This document shows positions 1 through 12,424 of a DNA stretch of 64,000 nucleotides, in pieces. The notes beneath the pieces are model-generated. The model had not been told where the DNA came from and made no database searches. It saw nothing but the letters and a program-made list of their open reading frames with translations. Positions within the stretch are counted from its first letter, which is position 1. Each line of letters begins with the position of its first letter. This DNA is from Leucoraja ocellata (lineage: Eukaryota), in NCBI GenBank assembly GCA_036785375.1, contig JAWMAR010000012.1, positions 4,526,001 to 4,590,000 of the forward strand. Direction: 5' to 3'. The position numbers and the translations under genes are program-made.

Positions 1-1262
1 CTGTGAGATAGAGTCCATGTATATCTAGCACAACATCTGTGTTATTACCTAAATCTGTCCTTTGTCTCCATAACAATTGGCTTGTTGGATTTATTCCAAA
101 TAGTGGAAAATAAATGACTACTGTACATTTCATACCATTCAACACTGCACCATTTAAAAAAAAGGTTTGGCTACCTTCATAAATCAATCCCTGGGTATAG
201 GTTTTCCATTAAGTTGAATGATTGAGAAATATTTCCCAGAACAATTGTACTTTGAGATTGGCAAGTTTCTCTCACAAGGATGATTCCCTAATGTAGCTTC
301 AAGCATTTGGATTAAGTGCAGAAATCAGCGGTTGGCAAAGGCTATTGATAACTTGATTTAACTATTCCCCATCTCCCAAATCCAACTGCACAGCTAAAGC
401 CTGACGCAATGATTCCTGTTCACAATCTGTTCATGCTGTGAACATAGGTATACCTTAATGTTTGCTCTCTAAGTGTTTCTTACATATGATGACTTACACA
501 TGATCTCCAGATGCTAAGAAGAACATCCAGCAGTTCTAACATCTATCCCAATTTTCGGGAAAAAGAAATATTGTGTTGCATTAGTGTAGGTTTCAATTGC
601 TATTGTAACCATCGTCTGGCTTTCAAAGGTTCTTGAGCAATTTATTTTATGCAATGATGTACCTAATTTGTTTTTTTCAAAAGAACCATGTTAAAAATAG
701 TTAATAAAGGAACATATCAAATTTAAGTCAGATTTAATTTTAATAGAATAAAAACTTAAAAAAATTGAAAGGAGGCAAATTAGTAAAATTGCTATGTTGA
801 AGCTATCTTCTTCATACGCTAGAGAACCATCTCTCTGATGTTTCTCAAATTCATAGTGTTGAAGTGATATCTACGATTATTTACTTTTCAACTGTTTTAA
901 AGAAAGTTAATATAGGCTCGTTATTACAGTGAAAAAAAGTGATCATTATTCAGCATCAAAATGTAATTGGCCTGGATTAGATTTGTCTGCATATTGCACC
1001 CACAGCATTGACAAGTTGAGAGTTTGGCAGCACTACTCACAGGAAAAGGTTCCAGTGTTCAGTGTTCGCTTAACTCAAAAATATCCTAATGGTTCTGAAA
1101 CCAGTCCCAATATTTGGACAACAGAAATATTGAACAGCAATAATGTAGGTCCCAATATTAAGTGGGAACAATATTAATTGGGATCAATTTACACTCCAAA
1201 CCATTTTTTAGTTAACTCACAGGATTGGATGGAATACAGATTTTATACCTTGCATGGTAATA

Positions 1263-1989
1263 TCTATATTACTAAAAGTCTGTTCTTGACCGGTTTTGGC
1301 GATCTGTGCTGCGATTTCCGAGAGAACGCCGCCACCTACAGCTGTCATTTTTGGCCACCTCGCTCAGAGCCCCCCTCCGCCACATGTGTGCTGAGGATTT
1401 TTCCAGTCAATGAAAAATGACAAAGATATTAATCATTTTACAAAATTCTCCATTCTCCCTGCTGCCCCCGCTGGCGGCAGGGGGGGTGGACTATAAAACC
1501 AGGAAGTGGTGTACCACAATTAGTCTGCAAGCTGGAGGAAGGCAGATGGTCATGTTTCTCCGAGCTGTGAATGACACTGAACACATGTCCACACAATTGT
1601 GAGTAAGTACCCGTAATGTGGTTTGAAAATGAAAATATGGTTAAAGTAACAAAACACTGCCTGCAAATGGTTGTTTGGGGGGTTTGGGTTGAAATAAAAA
1701 TACACTCTCCCCTCCCTCCCTCCCCCCTCCCCCTCACTTTCCCTCCCCCCCTCTCCCCCCCTTCTCTCCTCTCTCCTCCCCCCCTCCTCCCCTCTCCTCC
1801 CCCCCTCCTCTCCCCTCCTCCTTCTCCCCACTCTCTCCCCCTCTCCTCTAAACCCTTTCATCTCTATATCCTTTCCACTCTCTCCCCCCCCTCCACCCTC
1901 CCCTCTCTACACCTCCCTCCCCCTCTCACCCCCTTGCCCCCCTCCCTGTGTGTGTGAGAGGGGTGGTTAGTGTGTGTATGACATCACAG
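1263..1989 (+). mobile_element. Non-autonomous Helitron, 5' portion (3' hairpin/CTAG end missing)
   Basis: Starts A|TCTATATTACTAAAAG, the same 5' end as the copies ending at 30409 and 54133, and is collinear with them. Contains a C/T-rich tract at about 1706-1947. Confidence 0.75.
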
Positions 1990-3739
1990 TTGTGCATCGA
2001 TTTTATTCCCCGTGCATTCATGGAGCAATCTGCACAACATCTGTTATTCCCACCAGCCTCACCTTATTGTCAGGCAGCCAGTGGCTCTGGTACAGTCTGT
2101 ACCGCAAAGAGCTGAAAGATCAAGTTGAGACGGCAAGGCGAGGCTAGGAATTGTGATGTGCATGGAGCTGGTAGTCGGAGGTTATTCACTTTGTCCTCAT
2201 GGATATGGATGATGTGCAAGAAGATGAAATTAGTAAATCTTAGCTTCATGTATGGCACAGACATTGTGGGTAAAGGGCCTGTTCCTGTGTTGTATTTTTC
2301 AATGTTCTGTGTTTCTCGTCTTGTCATACTAGTCCTTGTTGTACCACGGTTAGTCCCACCACCAGTTGCAGGTGTAAACACCTCTTCCATCATTGGCTTT
2401 CAGGCAATGAACACACTTCTTTATCAGACATAAATCCACAGAGGAGAAATGTATTTCATTGCCAAATCACATTGCGACACCATACAATGGTACTATTTTC
2501 CAGTAGCTGAGCTAGATTGTGGCATTCTGCCAACAATTATTAAATGTGATAATTTTATTGACTGGAGCCAATTGTGAATGATCTCTACTTGAATGGATAC
2601 ACAAAAAAAATTCAAAATATGTTTTTGATCAACAAAAGTCTGGGTTGAACAATGTTACATTTATATCCTGAGAATATACAGTATGGTTTCATCAAGATCA
2701 TGCAAGAGTTTCCTTCATCTTGAAAATATTACTGGAGTTGTTTTAAAGGAGCAAACTAAGTACATGGTAGTTCAAATTGGGCTCTGCTTCTTCAAGTTAA
2801 TAGATTCCCCATTTCTCTCTCATTGTTCAGTGAACCATATGAGATTCTTTGTGCGAATGATATTTTGTCTTTCCCAGAGCAACACGAGGAAGAAAATATC
2901 ATATTTGAACATGTCACTCTATATAGTTAGGTATTCTTCTTACATTACAACCAAGCAATTCATGAAAAGTTCTAAATGCAGGATAAGTGTTCCGTGGTAA
3001 TCAAGCTTCAAGGAAGTAAAGGAAGACTTTGGCCTGGATACTGAATGCACAATAGTCTTGAATGTACAAACAATGTCAATGAGTTTGTGCAGTAAGAACA
3101 ATTTGAACTTCAAATGGCTTTCAGAGTACGGTTAGACTTTATCAAGATATTCTTTAAATAAACATATATTAACATCTTGCATGGTTTTAATTGGTAGTGC
3201 CTTGAATAATCAAGCATCATACGGCTGGTCAAAATAAACAATTTCATGCACCTAATAGCTAGAATTGGGTTGACAATCTGAGCACAAGAATTATTCTATT
3301 TTCTTACAGGAAGTTTTTATTTTTACTTTCTTGCAAGAGTAGAAATGTCCAGTCAATATTTTACCCATTTTGCATATTCTTAAGCATCAATTTAGATGAA
3401 ACATGCACTTTTTCCATTCTAATTCATTCTAGTATAGAATTCCAAATATAGAAGAGCAAAACAGGAATTGGGCAAAGAAGCTTCATGTTCAATTTAACAT
3501 TTTGAAGGGGGCAAGGGATAAGCAAAAGGAAGGAATTCAAATTTAGATGATCTTATTCTTATTTGCAGTTTGCACCATTAATGATTTATTACTCAGAATC
3601 CCTGCTGCAGAACACTTCCTTTGAGACAAAAATAGTGATTGCACTGAAAAGGTAGACAGGTAATGCAATCAAAAGTATATGCAATGACCAAATTAGACCA
3701 CAGTCCATTTTTTCTGCTTCTACTAATGCAAATCTCACA

Positions 3740-3824
3740 TCCAGCGTATCCAGGTTAGAGCAGGAACTTGGTATATATATATTACATATATACCAAGTTC
3801 CTGCTCTAACCTGGATATGCTGGA
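3740..3824. repeat. Near-perfect inverted repeat (39-bp arms, 7-nt loop)
   Basis: tccagcgtatccaggttagagcaggaacttggtatatat (3740-3778) pairs with 3786-3824; one mismatch, which is G.U on the + strand. Confidence 0.9.
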
Positions 3825-4289
3825 ACTATATATATAATTATGAAAAAAATCTGATTTGACATACACTGTCATGCAATGACAAATCACTGCTGGACAGTCT
3901 ACTTACCACCTTTAAGATAATCAACAAGTTTCATTTCATAAATTTAATTTAGATTGAAAGACTTCACAAACCCCTTAACCTTTCTGACCTTGTTTTATTT
4001 AATATTAGCAATATGATTATCATTTGGGTGAATTTTGATTCACTCATCTGTTAAAAACCGCATTTCATCATAAATATTCACCAAGACCATCAAAGTTATA
4101 TCAAAGCAGAAATAAACTGAAGGCATTATTGAATGCATTCAAACCAAATTGTAGGCATTATTCAACAGTCAAGGCAAATCTTAAAAATCATTCAGCCATG
4201 TCAATCTCACAAAGGCAACTGGTATATTTTGAACAACTTAATCAAGTTTGCCTATTTAAATACAACTAGCTTGATATTTCTATAGCTTC

Positions 4290-4950
4290 AGGTTTCTAGG
4301 TGTAAATATCACGAACAATTTGTCCTGGTCCAACCACATTTCATGGCCAAAAAAGCACATTTACTTCCTCAGGAGATTAAGAAAATATGGGGTATCTCCA
4401 ATGCCTCTTACCAATTTATACAGATGTACCATTGAAAAGTATCCTATTAGGATGCCACAGCTAGCTGTAGCAACTGCTTTGCCCAAAATTCTAAGAAATT
4501 GCAGAGTTGTAAACACAGCCCATCCATGTCACGAACCAGCCTCCCCCCTTCGATTCCTTTTATACTGTACTTCACATTGCAGCCCACATAATCAAGGACC
4601 ACTAACATCCTTTGTTATTCTGTGTTCTCTCCTCTCCTGTCAGGCAGAAAATATAGAACTTGAAATCATGCACCACTAGATTCATCACCAGCTGTTATCA
4701 CAATCTTGAACAGATCTCTCATATTCGAGGATAAATCCCTATTTTCCAATCTACCTTATTGTAGCCCTTGCACTTTTTATAAATCTATACTTTTTCTGTA
4801 GCTGTAACACTATATTCTGCAGCCTTGTTTATGTACTCTTTTAAACTACACATCGGGTAGCTCATATTTGGCGTTATTTGCATGGAAAGTGCCAAAAACA
4901 AGTTTTTCACTGCATCTCAGAACACGTGACAATAATAAAGCAATGCCAAT
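4290..4950 (+). mobile_element. Degenerate Rex1/Babar-type LINE 3' fragment
   Basis: YFLRRLRKYG...LTNLYRCTIE motif; 3' end gtgacaataataaa. Confidence 0.7.
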
Positions 4951-5626
4951 ACTTCGAACATAAATGTTTGTTTCCGAACAAAGTGGAGAACCACATTGCA
5001 TGTTAATGCATTAATTACTTTATTAGTTACGTTGTAATGCAATAATTGGCATAATTTGTTTCAGGAATTTTAAATAATTAGAAGCAACAAAATTCTTTCC
5101 CATTTGAACAAAATGACTTGAGTCAATAACTGTGTTGTAGTAGAGCTGCCGATTACAGATCATGCATGAAGTTAATACAAATTCCTTGCAGTAGCTTTGA
5201 AATGGTCTGTGGTGAGAAAAGAAGCCTGGTAATGCCACATATGGAGGAAGCACACACTGCAAGTATTGCCCAAGACAACACTGCCAATTAAATGAACGTC
5301 AGATGCCATACAAAAGTGCTGTTAAATGACATTATTAAGGCAAACTTGTAATATTATTAAAGGATTCAATAAGCATTCAAAGACTAATACCAGAATAAAT
5401 TTGTACTATCTTGTATCAGATTTGGAAACAGCTGATGTCCTTAAGCCTTTCAAGTTATCCAATGAGATCGGTTGATACCAATTCCATAGCTTTAAAGCCA
5501 TATTTTGTTAACTTTAAATCTAAAGATGACAGATATGTGTTAACAGTTTCTCCAGCATCAAGTGCAGGTTGCAGATTTGTGCCGCCCTCTACTCTAATTT
5601 TCAGACTGTGGCCCATGATTCTAAAT

Positions 5627-6089
5627 ACAATAGACAATAGGTGCAGGAGTAGGTCATTCGGCCCTTCGAGCCAACACCGCCATTCAATGTGATCATGGCT
5701 GATCATCCACAATTAGTACCCTGTTCCTGCCTTCTCCCCATATCCCCTGACTCCACTATATTTACCACCCCTATCTAGCTCTCTCTTGAAAGTATCCAGA
5801 GAACCGGCCTCCACCACCCTCTGAGGCAGAGAATTCCACAAACTCACAACTCTGCGACAAAGTGTTTCCTCATCTCTGTTCTAAATAGCTTACCCCTTAT
5901 TCTTAAGCTGTGGCCCCTGGTTCTGGACTCCACCATCATCAGGAACTTGTTTCCTGCCTCAAGTGTGTCCAAACCCTTAATACTCTTATATGTTTCAATA
6001 AGATGCCCTCTCATCCTTCTAAATTCCAGAGTATACAAGCCCAGCCACTCCATTCTCTCAGCAGTCCAGCCACCAGCAGTCCCACCACC
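5627..6089 (-). mobile_element. CR1 LINE 3' end (distal half of a split copy)
   Basis: Encodes LGLYTLEFRRMRGHLIETYK...RTRGHSLRIRG with a (CTATTGT)n tail. Collinear with the minus fragment at 8979-9355. Confidence 0.85.
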
Positions 6090-8978
6090 GGAGAAAGGGG
6101 CAGACTGACAAGGGACGTCAGGGACAGTATAAAAATTCAAGCAATGAAGTACAACATAGCAAAGATGAGTGGGAAGCAAGAGGATTGGGTAATGTTTAAA
6201 GAACAACAGAAGATAACCAAAAAGACAATACGGGGAGAAAAGATGAGGTATGAAGGTAAGCTAGCCAAGAATATAAAGCAGGATAGTAAAAGCTTCTTTG
6301 GGTATGTGAAGAGGAAAAAATTAGTTAAGACCAAAGTTGGACCCTTGAAGACCAAAAAAGGTGAATTTATTATGGGGAACAAGGAAATGGCAGATATGTT
6401 GATCAGGTACTTTTGATATGTCTTCATTAAGGAGGACATAAACAATCTTCCTGATATAGTAGTGGCCAGAGGATCTGGGGTGTGGAGGAACTGAAGGAAA
6501 TCCACATTAGGCAGGAAATGGTGTTGGATAGACTGATGGGACTGAAGTCTGATAAATCCCCAGGGCCTGGTGGTCTGCATCCTAGGGTACTTAAGGAAGT
6601 GGCTCTAGAAACTGTGGATGCATCGGTGATAATTTTCCAATGTTCAATAGACTCAGGATCAGTTCCTGTGGATTGGAGGGTAGCTAGTGTTATCCCACTT
6701 TTTAAGAAAGACGGGAGAGAGAAAACAGGAAATTATAGACTAGTTAGCCAAACATCAATGGTGGGGAAGATGCTGGAGTCAATCATAAAAGATGAAATAT
6801 CCGAACATTTGGATAGCAGTAACAGGATCGGTTCGAGCCAGCATGGATTTACGAAGGGGAAAAATTGCTTGACTAATACTCTGGAGATTTTTGAAGATGT
6901 AACTAGGAAAATGGACAAGGGAGAGCCAGTGGATGTAGTGTACCTGGACTTGCAGAAAGCATTTGATAAGGTCCCACATAGGAGATTAGTGGGCAAAATT
7001 AGGGCACTTGGTATTGGGGGAAGAGTGCTGACATGGATAGAGATGTGGTTGGCAGACAGGAAACAAAGAGTAGGGATTAACGAGTCCCTTTCAGAATGGC
7101 AGGCAGTGACTAGTGAGGTACCGCAAGGCTCGGTGCTGGGACCACAGCTATTTATAATATACATCAATGATTTACAATACAATACAATTTATTTGTCATT
7201 TGGACCCCGTTAAGGTCCAAACGAAATGTCGTTTCTGCAGCCATACATTACAAAACGAAAAAGACCCGAGACACAACACAATTTACACATACATCCATCA
7301 CATCGCTGTGATGGTAGGCAAAAAAAACTTCTCTCCACTGCACTCCCCCCCCCCCCGCCCGATGTCAGAGTCAAAGTCAAAGCCCCTGGTGGGCGATGGC
7401 GATTGTCCCACGGCCATTTAAAGCCACGCCTGGTGATGCAAGGTCGCGCACCGGGTCTTGGTGTTAGAGCCCCGGCGGGCGCTCGCAAAGTCCCGTGGCC
7501 ATTCCAAGCCGCGTGGGGCGGTGATGTATGGCCCCGCTCCAGGTGTTCTTCAACCCCGCAACTCAGGCGGGAGAAGTCGCCGCTGCGGAAGCCCCAAAAA
7601 GTGGTCTCCCACCAGGGACCCGCGGGCTTCCGGTGTTGCCGTCCGCCAGACCCGTGGTTGTAGCCTCCGAAACTCCGGGGGTTGGGTCGCAGCAGCGCTC
7701 TACCACAGGTCCACCCGCTCCGGACTCGGCCAGTTCCGCGACGGTGAGTAGGACCGCAGCTCCGCAACTGGAGCCCCCGGTCGTTCCTGTTGGAGGCCGC
7801 TCCACGTTGCAGCCCCAATGACAACGGAGACCCGACAAGAAAAGGTCGGGTCTCCCGTGCAGGGGAAAGATTTTAAAGCTACACCCCCCCCCCCCCACAC
7901 ACACATACTCCGACAAAAAAAAAAAAAAAACTACATAGAAACGAGACAAAAATAATAAAATACAGATGGACTGCAGAGGCCGCTGCTGACGAAAGTCGCG
8001 CCGCCATACCTTCATTTGGATGAAGGGATTCAAAGTAACATTAGCAAATTTGAAGAGGACAGAAAGCTGGGTGGCAGTGTGAACTGTGAAGAGGATGCTA
8101 TGAGAATGCAGGGTGACTTGGACAGGTTTGGGGAGTGGGAAGATGCGTGGCAGATGAAGTTTATTGCGGATAAATGTGAGGTTATCCACTTTTGTAGCAA
8201 AAACAGGAAGGCAGATTACTATCTAAATGGCATCGTTGGGAAAAGGGGAAGTACAACGGGATCTGGGGGCCCTTGATCATCAGTCTATGAAAGTAAGCAT
8301 GCAGGTACAGCAGGCAGTGAAGAAAGCGAATGGCATGTTGGCCTTTACAACAAGAGGAATTAAATATAGCAGCAAAGAAGTCCTTCTGCAGTTGTACAGA
8401 GCCCTAGTGAGACCACACCTGGAGTATTGTGTGCAGTTTTTGTCCACTAATTTGAGGAAGGACATTCTTGCTATTGAGGAAGTGAAGCGTAGGTTTACAA
8501 GGTTAATTCCCGGGATGGTGGAACTGTCATATGCTGAGAGAATGGAGCAGTTGGGCTTGAACATACTGGAGTTTAGAAGTATGAGAGGGTTTCTCATTGA
8601 AACATATAAGGTTGTTAAGGGTTTGGACATGCTAGAGGCAGGAAACATGTTCCCGATGTTGGGGGAGTCCAGAACCAGGGGCCACAGTTTATGAATAAGG
8701 AGTAAGCCATTTAGAACAGAGACGAGGAAACACTTTTTCTCACGGAGAGTGGTGAGTCTGTGGAATTTTCTGCCTCAGCGGGAGGTGGAGGCAGGTTCTC
8801 TGCATGCTTTCAAGAGAGAGCTACAAAGGGCTCTTAAATATAGCAGAGTCAGGAGATATTGGGAGAAGGCAGGAATGGGTTACTGATTGGGGATGATCAG
8901 CCATGATCACATTGAATGGTGGTGCTAGGTCGAAGGGCTGAATGCTCCTGCACCTACTCCTGCACCTATTGTCTATTG
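6090..8978 (+). mobile_element. 5'-truncated CR1 LINE ORF2 (reverse transcriptase), disrupted
   Basis: Motifs KSPGPGGLHPRVLKE, QHGFTKGK, DVVYLDLQKAFDKVPH, VPQGSVLGP, LYRALVRPHLEYCVQF. Contains stops/frameshifts, a ctattgtctattgt tail and an insertion at 7174-8013. Confidence 0.92.
7174..8013 (-). mobile_element. GC-rich non-autonomous retroposon inserted in CR1
   Basis: ATTT target duplication (7170-7173 / 8014-8017). The minus strand ends gacaaataaattgtattgtattgt. The host CR1 reads through when the insert is removed. Confidence 0.8.
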
Positions 8979-9355
8979 TCACCCCGGGAATTAACCTTGT
9001 GAACCTAAGCAGCACTCCTTCAAAAGCAAGAATGTCCTTCCTCAAATTTGGAGACCAAATCTGTACACAATACTCCAGGTGTGGTCTCACGAGGGCACTG
9101 TACAACAGCAGAAGGACCTCTTTGCTCCTATACTCAACTCCTCTTGTTATGAAGGCCAACATGCCATTTGCTTTCTTCACTGCCTGCGGTACCTGCTTAC
9201 TTTCACTGACTGATGAACAAGGACCCCCAGATCCCGTTGTACTATCTCTTTTCCCAACTTGACACCATTTAGACAATAATCTGCCTTCCTGTTTTTGCTA
9301 CCAAAGTGGATAACGTCACATTTATCCACATTAAACAGCATCTGCCATACATTTG
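8979..9355 (-). mobile_element. CR1 LINE fragment (proximal half of the copy split by the 6090-8978 insertion)
   Basis: Encodes QAVKKANGMLAFITRG...RPHLEYCVQIWSP...RFTRLIPG and continues at 6089; cacc occurs at both junctions. Confidence 0.85.
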
Positions 9356-10711
9356 TCTTCCAAACCCATCCCCAAATCCCTCCCAAAGATATTGGAACTG
9401 GTTTTTCTTTATCCACCTGATCAGCCCCCTTACTGTTTTGAAATCTGAAAAATGAAGTAACCATCTACATTATTTGGAAAATGCTTTTCTCTTCATCGTT
9501 GGACCTTCAGCATAATTTTAGTAAATATTTGTTGGACTTCCTCCCATACAGAATATCCTTTCCAAATTATAGTGCCCCAAACTATTCTCAGAACTTGTGG
9601 TGTTGCCAAGCTGTGGTCTCCATAGGTACCACCCATTCACTGTATTTTGATTAACTTTGGCATGTCCATGGCAAATTAATGATCAATGCACACGGATTCT
9701 ACTGCTTCTGGTTCTCCATCATTCAGAAAGTAGCTTGTTCCTTTCGTTTTACAGACAAAAGTGGATACACTCTTACACCAATCTTCGTTTTGCAAGATCC
9801 ATTCATTCTAATATATTTATTACAATACTGTGTAACCTCTATCAATAGCAACTTTAAAAAACATGTGGATATAAATTGCATTATCTAAGTTAGTGCAAGT
9901 TGTTCATAAGTAGAAATAATATTTAAGACCCAGCATATTCTTGTGGGGACCACAAGTAAAGTTCTGCTAATTAAAGTACTTGCCCATCATCCTCACTCCT
10001 TGTCTCTCGTCACTTAATCAATTTCTTCAGTGTAAGCCACGGAGAATATCCCCATCTACCAAATAATTAAGATATAGATTTGCTCATTCTCAAGATACCA
10101 GCATGTCTACTCTGCTGTGCTACCTCGTACATATTTAGAAATTAAAAGGTTTTCTCCTTCCATTAAAAACATAAATTACTCATTTTGGAACATAGTCATG
10201 TACACAAAAAGACCAAGATTTACTGAGAATATTACCAGGCAATCTTCTGAGATTAATTGAAAAAGACGTGTGAAAAACATTGGAAGATGATTACTTGCTG
10301 CAGAGCTGGAGCAGGATCCAATTAAAGCTAAATCACTCACTCGCCATTTTAAGAATGCCTTCTACAATGTTCAAGTAGCACTCAATCTCATTGTTTCTCT
10401 GCCACTGGACTGATATTCACTCCATAGACGTTCAATGCCTTCATGGTGCACTGTTTGTAGGTTTTTCCAGTCAACATTTCACTTACACTTTTCTATCCAG
10501 ATGGCATTTTTTCAGCATCTCATGTTCACTTACATAATACTTGCATTATGTAAGCTTTACTTTCCCAGATGCTTTTTACCTCTCATTTGATTGTATCAGC
10601 ATGCAAAATGTGTTGCCTTTGTATCTTTGCATACCTGTATACACTTGCCTGGAGTCAACCCTATCTTGTATAATAAAAGATCTTTTAGCCGGTGCTCCAG
10701 ATAGAACAAGA

Positions 10712-10852
10712 AATCTGGTCTGAAGAAGGGACTCGACCCGAAACGTCACCCATTCCTTCGATCCAGAGATGATGCCTGTCTCGCTGAGTTACTCCCGCAT
10801 TTTGTATCTATCTTCGGTTTAAATCAGCAATTGCAGTTCCGTCCTACACAAA
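10712..10852 (+). mobile_element. Penelope-derived short element with minimal hammerhead motif
   Basis: ggt-CTGAAGA-A-gggactcgaccc-GAAACGTC-acc (10717-10750) followed by the family tail ctgagttactcc.gcattttgt. Confidence 0.65.
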
Positions 10853-10954
10853 CAATCTGATCCCTGACAAGCAGATCCTTTGGAACTGCAAACTTTAATT
10901 ATTTGCTTAATTCCATTAACAAAATGGTCAAAGAATTCTTGTGGTGGTCAACCT

Positions 10955-11825
10955 ACTCAGGTGGCAACTGTACAAGTCATTGGTGAGACCACACTTGGAT
11001 CATTGTTGTGCACAGTTCGGCTCGCCCAGCTATAGGAAGGATGTCATTAAGCAGTAAATGTTGCAGATAAGATTCACAAGGATGTTACTGGGACTGGAGT
11101 GCTTGAATTAAGAGAGGCGGGATAGACTGGAACTTTATTTACCTGGAGAGTAGGAGATTGTGGGGTGAGCTTTTAGAGGTATATAAATTCAAGAGGGGTG
11201 TAGAAAAGGTGGATGCTCACTCTTTGTTTCCCAGGGTAGGGAACATTCAAACTATAGGGCATAGATTTAGGATTAGAGGTGAAAGATTTCATTTAGTTTA
11301 GTTTAGAGATACAGCACAGAAACAGGCCCTTTGGCCCACTGAGTCTGCGTCGACCAACAATCCCCACACACATTAACACTATCCTACACACACTAGGGAC
11401 AATTTACACAAACACCTAGCCAATTAAACTACATACCTGTATGTCTTTGGATGAGGAAACCGAAGATCGCAGAGAAAACCCATGCGATCTCGGGGAGAAT
11501 GTACAAACTCCGTACAACCAACACCCGTAGTCGGGATTGAACCCATGTCTGTAAGGCAGCAACTCTACCATTGTGCCATCGTGCAGGGGACCCAAGGGGC
11601 ACATTTTTCACACAGTGCTTGGTGGGTATATGGAACAAGCTACTAGAGGAAGCCATAAAGCCAGGTACAATTACATTGTTTAAAATACATTTAGACATGT
11701 ACATGGATAAGAATTATTTAGAGAGATATGGGCAAAATGCAGGCAAATGTAACTACCTCAGATAGGAATCTTGGTTGACTTGAATGATTTGGGCCAAAGT
11801 GTTCATGCTGCATAAACCTATGACT
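10955..11825 (+). mobile_element. Older CR1 3' fragment interrupted by a SINE
   Basis: tggtgagaccacacttgga... through the typical 3' end; a SINE occupies about 11291-11583. Confidence 0.7.
11291..11583 (-). mobile_element. tRNA-derived SINE (elasmobranch HE1-like) with (CTAAA)n tail
   Basis: Minus strand has a GGTTCAATCC B-box-like motif and a gtacggagtttgtacattctcccc core; a homologous copy lies at 26715-26951. Confidence 0.75.
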
Positions 11826-12424
11826 ATGGTTGACAGTTTCATTTCTGGGCAGGTTTTGTTGTGACTGCAATTATGCAAGATTTCATTTGAAGAATTAGTG
11901 ATGCAGTATAATTATCTCCTCTTGTGGGCAGTGAAGTAGAAAAGCATTTTTACTATCATCTGTTCAAGTTTATGGTGCACCATAAATGGTGAGAACGTTT
12001 TCTCTTGATGTCTCTATTCTTTAGTGGATTACGAGCATTGCTCCACAATTTTTACCTTTTCCATGATGTTGTTTCACAAGTGAATCACAAAGCTCACTTT
12101 CTCAGAGCATTTCCATGTGTTATTTTAATCAGGGTCAATCCCATAAAACATTAAGCATTAATCCAAATCTCACACTTTACCAAGTAGCACTTCTAGCACC
12201 ATGTGTCTATTTCATCCCTCTAGAGGATAGTAAGTCATTTAAACTAACAAACTGTTTATTAAACAAAATCACTTGCAGAAAGGCAGGCATCATGTCTGTG
12301 CTGTGTACCTACCACACAAAGAGACAAGATGTTAAAACACAGAGAGACCAACGTTCTGGAACTTTATCCCTAACCAATTTACACAGCAAGCAGTCAGTTA
12401 TTTATTACAAATCTCAAAGGAGAA

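Noticed and set aside
1550-1957. Pro/Leu-rich and Gly/Arg/Glu-rich ORFs
   Set aside because: Translations of a C/T low-complexity tract inside a Helitron.
7210-8189. Several overlapping 100-200 aa ORFs
   Set aside because: GC-rich, stop-poor insert with no recognisable domain in any frame.
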